Of a stretch of DNA of 64,000 bases, positions 41,614-51,200 are shown piece after piece; the stretch's first letter is position 1, and each line of letters starts with the position of its first letter. The position numbers and the translations under genes were made by a program. The DNA is from Deltaproteobacteria bacterium TL4 (GTDB taxonomy: Bacteria; SAR324; NAC60-12), in assembly GCA_051382335.1 (NCBI GenBank), contig JBBCAX010000349.1, positions 8,421 through 72,420 on the forward strand. The letters run 5' to 3'. The notes beneath the pieces were generated by a model. It saw only the letters and a list, made by a program, of their open reading frames with translations, was not told the origin of the DNA and ran no database searches.

Positions 41614-42564
41614 CTAATCTTCAACCAAGGGAAGATTTATTTCAAAGCCTACTACTTTTCCTTGCTCCCTGTAAAATGATAGATTTCCTCCATGTTTTTC
41701 AATAATCTTTTTGGCATAAAGTAAATCCAGTCCACTTTCTTGAGAGGTATTGAACGCTTTCTGTAAAAATTCATGCATTTCCCGATCTTCGATTAATTCC
41801 CAATCGGTTTCTCCATACATGGATACTTCAACCTGCTTTTTGTCAACGTTGTAGATTCGACGATTTCCTTGGCGTAAGGTGATTTTTATCACATCTTCTT
41901 GAGAAATCCTGGAAATTTCTTTCAAAAGCAGCATAATGGCATCAATGAAGAGGCTTTCATCCAAATCGGAAACTGGAATAAACTCGGGGCTGACCAATAA
42001 TTTTGCCGATTTATTCTGGGAATTGAGTTTATGGGTAATGGATTTAAAAAAGTTGAGGACATTAACTTGTTTTTTGACGGGAACGAGTTCTTTATCCAGG
42101 CGGATGGAGTGATCGTGTAACTGTTGAACTCTCTGTATCATCGAAACGGCCATGTTTTTACATTGACGCAAAACGGAACTGACATCGGGATCATTTATTT
42201 TCGCGATGACCTGATCCAGGTTTGAGGTGATACTTTCAATAGGCTCTCTCAGTTGTCCCATAACTTTGGGGAATAGCCTGGAACGATGATAGTATTCCGT
42301 CTGTTGTTCAAGAAGTGAGGTAACTTGTTCTCTTTTTATTTGGAGTTGGATTTTTTGTAATTCCTCGTTTTGCTCAGTGGGCAGCTGTTTCTTTCCTGAG
42401 AGGATTTGGCGCTTTTCTGATTCATATTGAGATAATTTAGATTGCAGCAATTCCAGTTGATGTTCCAGATCAGAAATGATTTGATCGGATTCATCGGGTA
42501 AAGTTTTCTCTGATTCTTCAACTTGTAAAGACACGCCTGATTTCGTTATTGTTTTGTCTGCCAT
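41614..42564 (-). CDS. Degenerate histidine-kinase-like protein (coiled coil plus HisKA/HATPase remnants)
   Basis: H-box-like VMGQLREPI lacks the His. G2-like SGLDLLYAKKIIEKHGGNL...FEINLP is present. N and G1 boxes are not recognisable. Confidence 0.6.
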   Translation of the reverse strand: MADKTITKSGVSLQVEESEKTLPDESDQIISDLEHQLELLQSKLSQYESEKRQILSGKKQLPTEQNEELQKIQLQIKREQVTSLLEQQTEYYHRSRLFPKVMGQLREPIESITSNLDQVIAKINDPDVSSVLRQCKNMAVSMIQRVQQLHDHSIRLDKELVPVKKQVNVLNFFKSITHKLNSQNKSAKLLVSPEFIPVSDLDESLFIDAIMLLLKEISRISQEDVIKITLRQGNRRIYNVDKKQVEVSMYGETDWELIEDREMHEFLQKAFNTSQESGLDLLYAKKIIEKHGGNLSFYREQGKVVGFEINLPLVED

Positions 42565-42656
42565 ATCCGAACAATTATGAGGTGTTAGAGGTTTTGGAGG
42601 AAAATCGCTTTCATTTTCGCATTATGCAACGAATATTTCTAGTTTTTTAGGATAAA

Positions 42657-43673
42657 ATGAAAATTATTTTGCAACCCTTTACTTTTGGTGCCTTGTTTAA
42701 GCGGGCAATCCGGATTTATACAACTCACTGGATTCCTATGCTCCTGTTGACATTCGTGTTCTTAATCATTCCCTGGGTGTTGGGAACCCTCAATCTTTCT
42801 GTGCTGGAGTTTTTTTCCTTATACCTTGCGGAACGCTTGTTAGAAGCGGCGATGACCTTAGGTCTCCTCTCCCTGATGGTCAGTCCCGTCTTTCCAGTGA
42901 CAAAAATTATCAACTATTTTCGCTCTCCCCGCATTTTAGGCGCATTTTATGTGGCAACGCTCCAATTTGTGATTTTCATCTTTGGAATGACGGGATTATC
43001 TCCCGTTTTCGCTCCGTTTAACATTATTGTCGTATTTCTTTGGATTGGCAGTATCTTCGCTTTTTCACTGGCTCAACCTGTTTATATTACTGAAGGTTTG
43101 AGAGGGGTACAAGCACTTGCCAGAAGTTTACAAATATTAAAACCTTTCGTCATCTATGCTTTTTTTACGATCATGTTCATCAAACTTTGTCAGGTAATCC
43201 TTCCGGGGGTAATTTCCATTATCATGCTACCCGATTTGAATTTTTCTCTTGCAGAAACTCCAGAACAAGTAAAGGAAATGTTGCTGCGTGTTTTAAAGGA
43301 TCCTGAATCTCAACAAATCATGCGTTGGTCTCAATACCTTGCTATACTCGTTTTTGATCCTTTTGTCGCTATTATACTGAGTCTTCTTTATTTAAATTTT
43401 ATTCACATCCGATCCGGTGTTGAAATCTCAGTATTTTCCAATCTTGCCAGAGGTTTGCTCGGTTTACCTACGGAAAGAGCGGCCAATGGTCAAGAATTAA
43501 TTCAATCAACTGATCCTCAAGAAGACGTGAACAGCGGAGAACCCTTGCCCCATGAGGACCCTTTACCGCAAGCTGAAGATACGCAAAAAATACATGAAAA
43601 ACAACAGGATACTTTTCTTAATGAATCCACTTTAGAGTCCCCCTCCAAAGATAAGCTGGGACCTCATCGCTGA
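42657..43673 (+). CDS. Integral membrane hypothetical protein with acidic tail
   Basis: About 6 hydrophobic segments, EGLRGVQALARS motif and a low-complexity acidic C-terminus. Confidence 0.7.
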   Translation: MKIILQPFTFGALFKRAIRIYTTHWIPMLLLTFVFLIIPWVLGTLNLSVLEFFSLYLAERLLEAAMTLGLLSLMVSPVFPVTKIINYFRSPRILGAFYVATLQFVIFIFGMTGLSPVFAPFNIIVVFLWIGSIFAFSLAQPVYITEGLRGVQALARSLQILKPFVIYAFFTIMFIKLCQVILPGVISIIMLPDLNFSLAETPEQVKEMLLRVLKDPESQQIMRWSQYLAILVFDPFVAIILSLLYLNFIHIRSGVEISVFSNLARGLLGLPTERAANGQELIQSTDPQEDVNSGEPLPHEDPLPQAEDTQKIHEKQQDTFLNESTLESPSKDKLGPHR

Positions 43674-43797
43674 GCTGTAAAAGGAGTTAAAGGCCTGAAC
43701 TCTGGCAAAGCTATTTTGTCAGAGAGGTCATTTTTAGGGGTATCCTAATGACGCAACTATTAAAATCAAGTCGACCTATCAAATGTAGGGGTAAATC

Positions 43798-44379
43798 ATG
43801 AAAATAAAATCAGCAGAATTTATTATAAGCGCCGCATCAGAACAACAATTTTACGAGACTCAACTTAACGAAGTCGCCTTTGCCGGAAAATCTAATGTTG
43901 GCAAGTCCACGTTAATTAATTCTTTGTTAAACCGGAGACAGCTAGTCAAAACAAGTTCAACCCCCGGGAAAACACAACTGATCAATTTCTTTTTGATTAA
44001 TTCGATGTTTCACCTGGTGGATTTGCCCGGATATGGCTTTGCAAAAGTTCCTGATCATGTCAAAAATCAATGGAAACAGTTGGTTGAGGTGTATTTATCT
44101 CAAAGAGACGTGCTGCAAGGAGTGGTCTTGATTATTGATGTTCGACACGGTCCCAGTCAAGCGGATATACAACTCAAAGGTTGGTTAGATCACTATCAAC
44201 GCCGGACTTTAATTGTTGCCAATAAAGCGGATAAACTCAAAAGAGGGCAGCGCCTGGAACAGCAAAAAATGATTCAGACGAAAATGGGAATGGAAACCCT
44301 TCCGATACTGCATTCATCTTTAGAGGGCATAGGAAAGTCAGAAATTTGGAGCGTTTTAGATCGTTGGCTGAATCCCTAA
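43798..44379 (+). CDS. engB: Ribosome biogenesis GTPase YihA/YsxC (EngB)
   Basis: GKSNVGKS, TSSTPGKT, VDLPGYG, NKAD. Confidence 0.95.
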   Translation: MKIKSAEFIISAASEQQFYETQLNEVAFAGKSNVGKSTLINSLLNRRQLVKTSSTPGKTQLINFFLINSMFHLVDLPGYGFAKVPDHVKNQWKQLVEVYLSQRDVLQGVVLIIDVRHGPSQADIQLKGWLDHYQRRTLIVANKADKLKRGQRLEQQKMIQTKMGMETLPILHSSLEGIGKSEIWSVLDRWLNP

Positions 44380-44494
44380 TATAGCAATAAAGGCAGAAAA
44401 CTCACCCGGTTGCGTGATCCGTTCAACTCTTTTTTAGGAGTGCCAAAGCTTGCTTGGTACTCCACACAGTCTAGGTGACTGACGTTGAGTATAA

Positions 44495-44577
44495 GTAGGG
44501 TGCCGCTTAAGCGAAGCGAGCGCACCACAGCGGATCGCCATTTTCTGGTGCGCTCGCTTCGCTTAAGCGCACCCTAC
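44495..44577. repeat. REP doublet (REPIN/BIME-like): two inverted GTAG-family REPs
   Basis: GTAGGGTGCCGCTTAAGCGAAGCGAGCGCACCA (44495-44527) and an inverted copy with one base less (44546-44577), between convergent genes. Confidence 0.85.
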
Positions 44578-44649
44578 AACCCATTCTCGGACTAGGTGAC
44601 TCAAGTGACTATTCAATGAACAGCTATCATACCGATTTTGCCACAGCCA

Positions 44650-45090
44650 TTACTTAGTTTCCGTTTCTAACTTTGAAGACTCGATTTGAAGTTTCCATTG
44701 CCTGGTCAACTGTTGAATGAGTGCTCCTTTTTCCTGAACTTCGACGAGTTGATACTCTCCTAAAAAATCGCCTTCTTTTACCAAATATTTCAATTTTCCA
44801 ATTTGTATCAAGGCATAACGCCCATTGGCTTCCAACAGAATTCCTTTGAGTTGGGGAAAAGGGGTCAGTTCCTGCGAATGCGATTCTTCTTTTGGGGGTG
44901 CTTCTGAGGTGGACTTAAGGGGAAGTTTAGTGACATTGACATTGGCGTTAGTTGTTTTTTTTGATTCCAGCAAGCTTGAAAAAGGATTATGGCTTTCGGA
45001 AGAAGCTCCCGCTTTCTCCTGCCCTTGCGCGACAGGAATCCAGAAAAATAGGATAAAACCTACAAATCCAGCAAACGTTATGACTTTCAT
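44650..45090 (-). CDS. PilP/GspC-like pilus or secretion alignment protein
   Basis: Signal/TM, NPF motif, disordered linker and LKGIL...ALI...YLVKEGD.LG. Adjacent to a PilO-like gene. Confidence 0.6.
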   Translation of the reverse strand: MKVITFAGFVGFILFFWIPVAQGQEKAGASSESHNPFSSLLESKKTTNANVNVTKLPLKSTSEAPPKEESHSQELTPFPQLKGILLEANGRYALIQIGKLKYLVKEGDFLGEYQLVEVQEKGALIQQLTRQWKLQIESSKLETETK

Positions 45091-45095
45091 GAAGC

Positions 45096-45743
45096 TTAGC
45101 CTTTCTGTGGAGGTGCCTTCATTTCAAACGGAAGACGGCGATAAACACTCAATTGGATGCTCACGTGCAACGGAGGTTGCTGCTGTTTTAAAATCGGATT
45201 TTCTACTTCCAACTTACGAATATTGACCATAATCGGAAGCTGTTTCATTGCGGAAACCAAAGTTAATAATTGCTGATAACTGCCTGATAATTCTTGGTGG
45301 ATTTTTATTTCTGCATAATGCTCGAACTCAGATTCTGGCAAAAAGACCTGTTTGATCAAGAGCATCCCACTCGTGTCAATCGCCTGATAGAGGTACTGAT
45401 TTAATAAGGCAAAATTCCATGTCAACGGCAAGGCCTCCTCGATTTTTTTAAGCCTTTCCTCCATTTCGATAGACTGCTTTTCAAAACGGGTTTGAAATTT
45501 TTGATACTGATCAATTTCTCTAAGTTTCCCCCTGGCCTCTTGCAACTGGCTGGACAAGAGCTGTTCGTGAAGAATCATGGGACGGAGTTGCACATTGTAA
45601 ATCAGGGAACCTATAAAGGCGAAGACGAGTATCATCAAAACCCAACCTTTGGTGGAGGGGTGACTCCAATCGACGGAGGATACAGGCTTCCATTCCATAA
45701 ACACCTTTTTCAAGCTCTCAAGTTGAGAAGGGATGATCTCCAA
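45096..45743 (-). CDS. pilO: PilO-like type IV pilus assembly protein
   Basis: One TM plus coiled coil ending ALP, then HYAEIKI...GSYQQL..LVSAMKQLP..V.I. Confidence 0.65.
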   Translation of the reverse strand: MEIIPSQLESLKKVFMEWKPVSSVDWSHPSTKGWVLMILVFAFIGSLIYNVQLRPMILHEQLLSSQLQEARGKLREIDQYQKFQTRFEKQSIEMEERLKKIEEALPLTWNFALLNQYLYQAIDTSGMLLIKQVFLPESEFEHYAEIKIHQELSGSYQQLLTLVSAMKQLPIMVNIRKLEVENPILKQQQPPLHVSIQLSVYRRLPFEMKAPPQKG

Positions 45744-45760
45744 AGTAAGAAAGGAATGTC

Positions 45761-45791
45761 AACCTGAAGCCTGGGAGTCTGGCTTCAGGTT
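45761..45791 (-). terminator. Hairpin after rpsA (possible terminator)
   Basis: AACCTGAAGCC-N9-GGCTTCAGGTT perfect stem 20 nt after the rpsA stop. U-tract is weak. Confidence 0.55.
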
Positions 45792-45811
45792 TTATAAAAA
45801 AGGCAGCTTGA

Positions 45812-47629
45812 TTATTCCTCAGAACCCGCTGTTTTTGCGGAAGTTTGAGTTTCATTAGCGTCCACTGCCGCACTTTTGGCTGTGGCCGCTCCGGAATGTG
45901 CGCCTTCTGGGGCACCCTTCGGTGCTTTTGCCGTAGTATGTGCAGCAGGAACTTTGGGGGCTTCTGCTCCAACGATTTCCAGAATACTTAAACCTAAGCG
46001 ACGATCCTCTGGATCAATTTTGATCACTCTGGAACGTACATCGGTTCCAATAGGATAGAATTCCGTCAACTTCCCTTTAGGGATGGCAGGATCAATTTCA
46101 GAAATATGGACTAACCCTTCGACACCTTCCAAGACCTCAACAAAAATACCAAAGTCCGTCAAATTGACGACTTTTCCAACGACTTCACTATTTAGAGGAA
46201 ATTTTTCATCAAGGTTCTTCCAAGGATCTTCACTCAATTGTTTGATTCCAAGGGAGAGACGTTCCTGATCCACATCAATGTTGAGGATCTTGACTTCGAT
46301 TTCATCGCCCTTACGAGCAAATTCGGAAGGTTTCCGTTGTCGCTGACCCCATGAAATATCGGAAATATGCACCAAACCGTCAATTCCTTCTTCCAAGCCC
46401 ACAAAAATTCCAAAGTCGGTCACATTCCGAACCTTACCTTTAACAATACTGCCGACAGGATAGCGATCCATTGCCAGCTTCCAAGGATTAGGCTGAGCTT
46501 CTTTGATGGACAGAGAAATCCGCTTACGATCAACATCCAATTCTTTGACAATGGCTTCAACCGCTTCATTCAATTGAACAATTTTTGAAGGATGTCGGAC
46601 TTTTTTGGTCCATGACATTTCGGAAACATGAATCAAGCCCTCAACACCAGGTTCCAATTCGATGAAAGCGCCATAATCGGTGAGGCTTACGATCTTACCT
46701 TCAATTCGGGTACCCACTGGATATTTCTCATCCACAGAATTCCAAGGATTCGCTGATTTCTGTTTGAGTCCTAAAGAAACTTTTTGATCATCAGCATCAT
46801 ACTTAAGCACCATTACTTCAACTTCATCGCCAATGGCAAACATTTCGGAAGGATGAACAATACGTCCCCAGGTAATATCCGTAATATGCAGCAATCCATC
46901 AACACCGCCCAAGTCAATGAACACACCATAATCAGTGATATTTTTAACATGTCCCTTGATGAGTGTATCTTCTTTGAGAATCTGAAGTGTCTTCTTACGT
47001 CGCTCTTCTCGGTCAATTTCCAAAAGTGCACGTCGAGAAAGAACAATATTTCCACGTTTTTGATTAAACTTAAGAATTTTAAACTGAAACGTTTCTCCGA
47101 GTAACTTGTCCAAGTTACGGACAGGGCGTAAATCTACTTGAGAACCTGGCAAGAAAGCCTTCACTCCAATATCAACAGAAAGTCCGCCTTTGATGCGTGC
47201 CACAATATTTCCATCAACGGTTCCGTTGTTTTCATAGATTTGACCAATTTTTTCCCAGACTCTGAGCTTCACCGCTTTGTCTTTTGAAAGTATGGTTACT
47301 CCATCTTCAGACTCCAACGCTTCGACGTAAACCTCAACATCATCCCCGGGTTTTACGTTACATTTGCCATCTTCACCCAAAAATTCACTAACAGGAATTA
47401 AGCCCTGAGATTTAAATCCAATGTCAATATTGACATAATCTTTGCTGATACTTGCAACTTTTCCAATGGTGATTTCTTGTTCAACAATGCTGGTGAGTGA
47501 TTGCTCATAAAGCGCTTCAAAATCACCGTCATCAACGAATGATATGGAAAAAAGAGAGGGGCTTTTTGTTTCAATTGTTGTTTCAATTGTTGTTTCAATC
47601 GTTGTTTCAATTACTGTATTTTCTGTCAT
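45812..47629 (-). CDS. rpsA: 30S ribosomal protein S1
   Basis: Six S1 repeats (AFLPGSQVD, GGVDGLLHITDI, GVEGLIHVSEMSW, GIDGLVHISDISW) and an Ala-rich tail. Confidence 0.97.
   Translation of the reverse strand: MTENTVIETTIETTIETTIETKSPSLFSISFVDDGDFEALYEQSLTSIVEQEITIGKVASISKDYVNIDIGFKSQGLIPVSEFLGEDGKCNVKPGDDVEVYVEALESEDGVTILSKDKAVKLRVWEKIGQIYENNGTVDGNIVARIKGGLSVDIGVKAFLPGSQVDLRPVRNLDKLLGETFQFKILKFNQKRGNIVLSRRALLEIDREERRKKTLQILKEDTLIKGHVKNITDYGVFIDLGGVDGLLHITDITWGRIVHPSEMFAIGDEVEVMVLKYDADDQKVSLGLKQKSANPWNSVDEKYPVGTRIEGKIVSLTDYGAFIELEPGVEGLIHVSEMSWTKKVRHPSKIVQLNEAVEAIVKELDVDRKRISLSIKEAQPNPWKLAMDRYPVGSIVKGKVRNVTDFGIFVGLEEGIDGLVHISDISWGQRQRKPSEFARKGDEIEVKILNIDVDQERLSLGIKQLSEDPWKNLDEKFPLNSEVVGKVVNLTDFGIFVEVLEGVEGLVHISEIDPAIPKGKLTEFYPIGTDVRSRVIKIDPEDRRLGLSILEIVGAEAPKVPAAHTTAKAPKGAPEGAHSGAATAKSAAVDANETQTSAKTAGSEE
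47567..47614. repeat. In-frame 12-bp tandem repeat (x4) in the rpsA 5' end
   Basis: TGTTTCAATTGT units encode VIET-TIET-TIET-TIET. Confidence 0.85.
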
Positions 47630-48237
47630 GATACCGATATAAGTAACAATATGCGTTAAAAGAGCATACCGGTTAAAGGTTAATAAAATAAGTAAAACGT
47701 CATTGTCTTACCCATCAGAAACGCTTTCCAATCGGGTAAAGCGTCACAAAAACCCGAAAAAATGTGGCTTGGCGAGGACTTCTCCTCCACACCATGGCAC
47801 AAGGACGGACCAAAATGCCAGATTTATCCAAATAGTCAATTTATTAACTGACTCGACTTTGAACAATTTGCTCAATATTACTCCTGAATAAAATCAGAGA
47901 CTTATAAAGTCGTATTAGAATTAATGATAGGTTTGGCCTGAAAAACGGGAAATAATAACCTTGCATTAATTCATTCATAAAATAAAACCACTGATATTAT
48001 TGAATAATTAAAACTAAAACCATGAATCAAATGTTCAAAGTCCAGTAACTGAGGTACATGAATGATTTTAAAACGGGGATTCCCTGGTCTCCAAAGGGGA
48101 AAACCTCTTAAATCGGGGGGCCTCATGCCAGAAATACGAATTAGAATAAAATTGAAAATAGGGAGTATTTCTTCTACGATGAAACTAATGGTGATGAATC
48201 ACGAAGTATTCGGTAAAATTTTGGTTGAGGTGGAACA

Positions 48238-51200
48238 ATGACTATTCGTATTTTGACTGCCGTGTGGACTCTCTTCTGGTTCAATATCGCCTTGGGAAAT
48301 GAACTTGGGTTTCTGGAAACCTTCAGTTTGGCCTCAAATCGTCAAGCAGCCTTAAAACAGCTCATTCCGGGAACGGAGGATTACTATTATTATCACAGTC
48401 TTCATGCTCAAAATGAAGGCCAGTGGGACCATTTGGCGCAATATCTTGAACCTTGGATTAAACGTTATGGCTATACCCTCCAAGTGAATGAAATCCTGAA
48501 TCGACAAGCCTTATTTGAATATCCTCAAAACCCTCAAAAATCTCTCGATTATTTAAAAAGGAAACTGGGATTATACTTCAATCACCAAAAAGAAGTAACG
48601 CGACAACAAAGTAATTTTCCCAGTAAATTGGACGAATCCTTGATTGAGTGGAATCAGCTTTTGGAAAGAGCCTTAACACGCTATCAAGGGCTTCAGGACT
48701 TTGAGAATCAAGGGATAGAGTATCTGGATGCTGGCTCGTTGGATCCTAAACGGCAACGTCAATTCCTGCAGCGTTTGGAAACTCCGGATTATCCAAACCT
48801 GGCACGATGGATTGTGAGTGATCTCAGGTTTGAACACAGCTCCGGATTTGGCTCTCATCCGATTCACGGACGTTTGACCTTGAGCCAGCTACAGGAATGC
48901 GCTCGTCAAATGCCTGAACTGCTCAATCATTCTGTATTCATCAACACCTATCTAAAACGTTTGTGGCCGAGTGATGATGTGAACTGGCAACAAAATATTC
49001 CAGAAAAAGAAGCCTACTATGATCGGCTTTGGCAGTTTGTCAAGAGTTTACCTCCCTCTCAAAACTCCTTGAAAGCTCATGTACTTTATCACCGTTTGTT
49101 CCATGACCGAAGCCAGGGTGTTCTGGATAAAGCTCGGTTTACAGAATACATAAAGCTTCCCAAACAAAGCAACTACGCGAATCCCCAATATTTCAACCAT
49201 TATCAGAATCGACAATTTCAGGCCAACCTGGGCACCAATTACCAGGAAGTCACGCAGCTTCCTCCGATCACTGATGATGAACCCTTAATACGGGATTATC
49301 TGCAGTACTTTTTTGTGAAAGCAGAGGGCTATGAGTCTTATCGTGATTATTTTCAAGAGTCGTATTTAAAAGCACTTTTTGCGGAAACCAAGTTGCTTCA
49401 TGGGGTAGGTGACGCTGAAGCCTGGTATTCCCTGTTATCACCCGAAAAAGTTCATGAATTACAGGAACAAGTTGTGCTTCAACTGGCTCCCCTCAACAAG
49501 GAGTGGTTTGGAAGTCAGGAACCGGTGCGGCTTAGTGTTTCCGTGAAGAACGTTAAAACATTGTTGGTTAAAATCTATCAAATCAATACATTGAATTATT
49601 ACAAACAGAACAACAAAGAAATCCCCTTAGACATCAACCTTGAGGGACTGGTCGCCAAGGAAGAAAAAACCTACCCTTATGAAGAAGTTCCCCTACGCCA
49701 GGTGTTGAGGCATTTTGAGTTTCCCTCCCTGGAAAAATCGGGAACCGCAATCATTGAGTTTATTGGAAACGGAAAAAGCAGTCGTGCGCTGATTCGTAAA
49801 GGGCGACTTTATTTTGTACAGAAACAAAGCGCGTCCGGGCATGAATTTACCTTGTTTGATGAGCGTTTCAATCTTTTGAAATCTGGTAGTATATGGCTCT
49901 CAGGACACCATTATACCGCGGACTCCACCGGACATATCCTCGTCCCTTATACCAATCGGCCTCAACGAACATCAATCATTCTTCAAGCGAAGGATCGGGC
50001 AACCTTAAGTCATTTTCAACATGCTTCCGAAGCCTACTCTTTATCCGCGGGGCTTTATGTTGACCGGGAGCATTTATTGAGACACCAAAAAGCCAAGGTG
50101 TTGATCAAACCTTCACTTTTGATCAATAATAATCCCATCTCGCTCAATCTGCTCAAAAATCCCGGTTTGCAAATTGAAACAGTGGATCATGACGGTGTTA
50201 AAGTGCTCAAGGAAGTTCCGAATATTCAATTGTTTGAGGATCAGGAAACACTCTATGAATTTCAAGTTCCACCAAGACTTTCCACCTTACAGTTGAGACT
50301 GAAAGGCGAAGTCCAGAACCTCAGTCAAAACAAAACCGAGACTCTTGAGGCTTCCAGTATTTTTTCATTCAATCAGTTGGATGCCACGTCACAAACCGAA
50401 GTTTTCTATTTGAGTCAGGTGGATGACACTTATCGCTTGGAGTTATTGGGCAAAAGTGGAGAAGCACAAGCAGGCCGTACCGTCACCGTACAATTGAAGC
50501 ACAAATATTTTCATGAAATGATTTATGCCTTATTACAAACAGATCAAAACGGAATCATCCAGCTAGGGAAGCTTTTAAATATTGACTGGATTACGGCTAA
50601 TATTGACCAATCTCAAAGCAGCAAACCACAACGTTTTTCCCTGGAACAGGATCATTATAGCTATCCGCTTTCAATTCACGCGAAGGCAAACTCTCCGCTT
50701 AGCATTCCCTACATCGGGCCACAAAACACACTGACACGACAGCAAGTGGCTTTGTTTGAAAAACGAGGATCCGATCTTTTCAACAATCACTTTGAGCGCT
50801 TGAAATTGGAAAAAGGCTTTTTGGAAATTCAGGGCTTAGCCCCTGGAAATTATGAACTGCATCTCAAACAAGCGCGTCAAGTGATTGATGTACGTGTGAC
50901 TCAAGGCGTGGAAAAACAAGATTATTTATTATCGGAGCGCCGTCTTTTGCAGTTTCGCGAACGTCCCTTTCTTCATATTTCTGATATAAAAGCAACTACA
51001 AAACAAATCAGCATTCAATTGGCCAATTATTCCAAATTTTCAAGGGTCCATGTTATCGCGACACGGTTTGTGCCTGATTTTTCTGTTTTTAAGCCATTAA
51101 TTCCGCGGCAAACAACATTATCCACACAACAGTTTTCGCAACCTCAGTCCCGTTATCATTCTGAACGACGTATTGGGGATGAAGTCCAATATATTCTGGA

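Noticed and set aside
48070..48140. Riboswitch-like G-rich stretch upstream of the 2089-aa gene
   Set aside because: Only short stems, and no match to c-di-GMP-I/II or other consensus cores I can verify.
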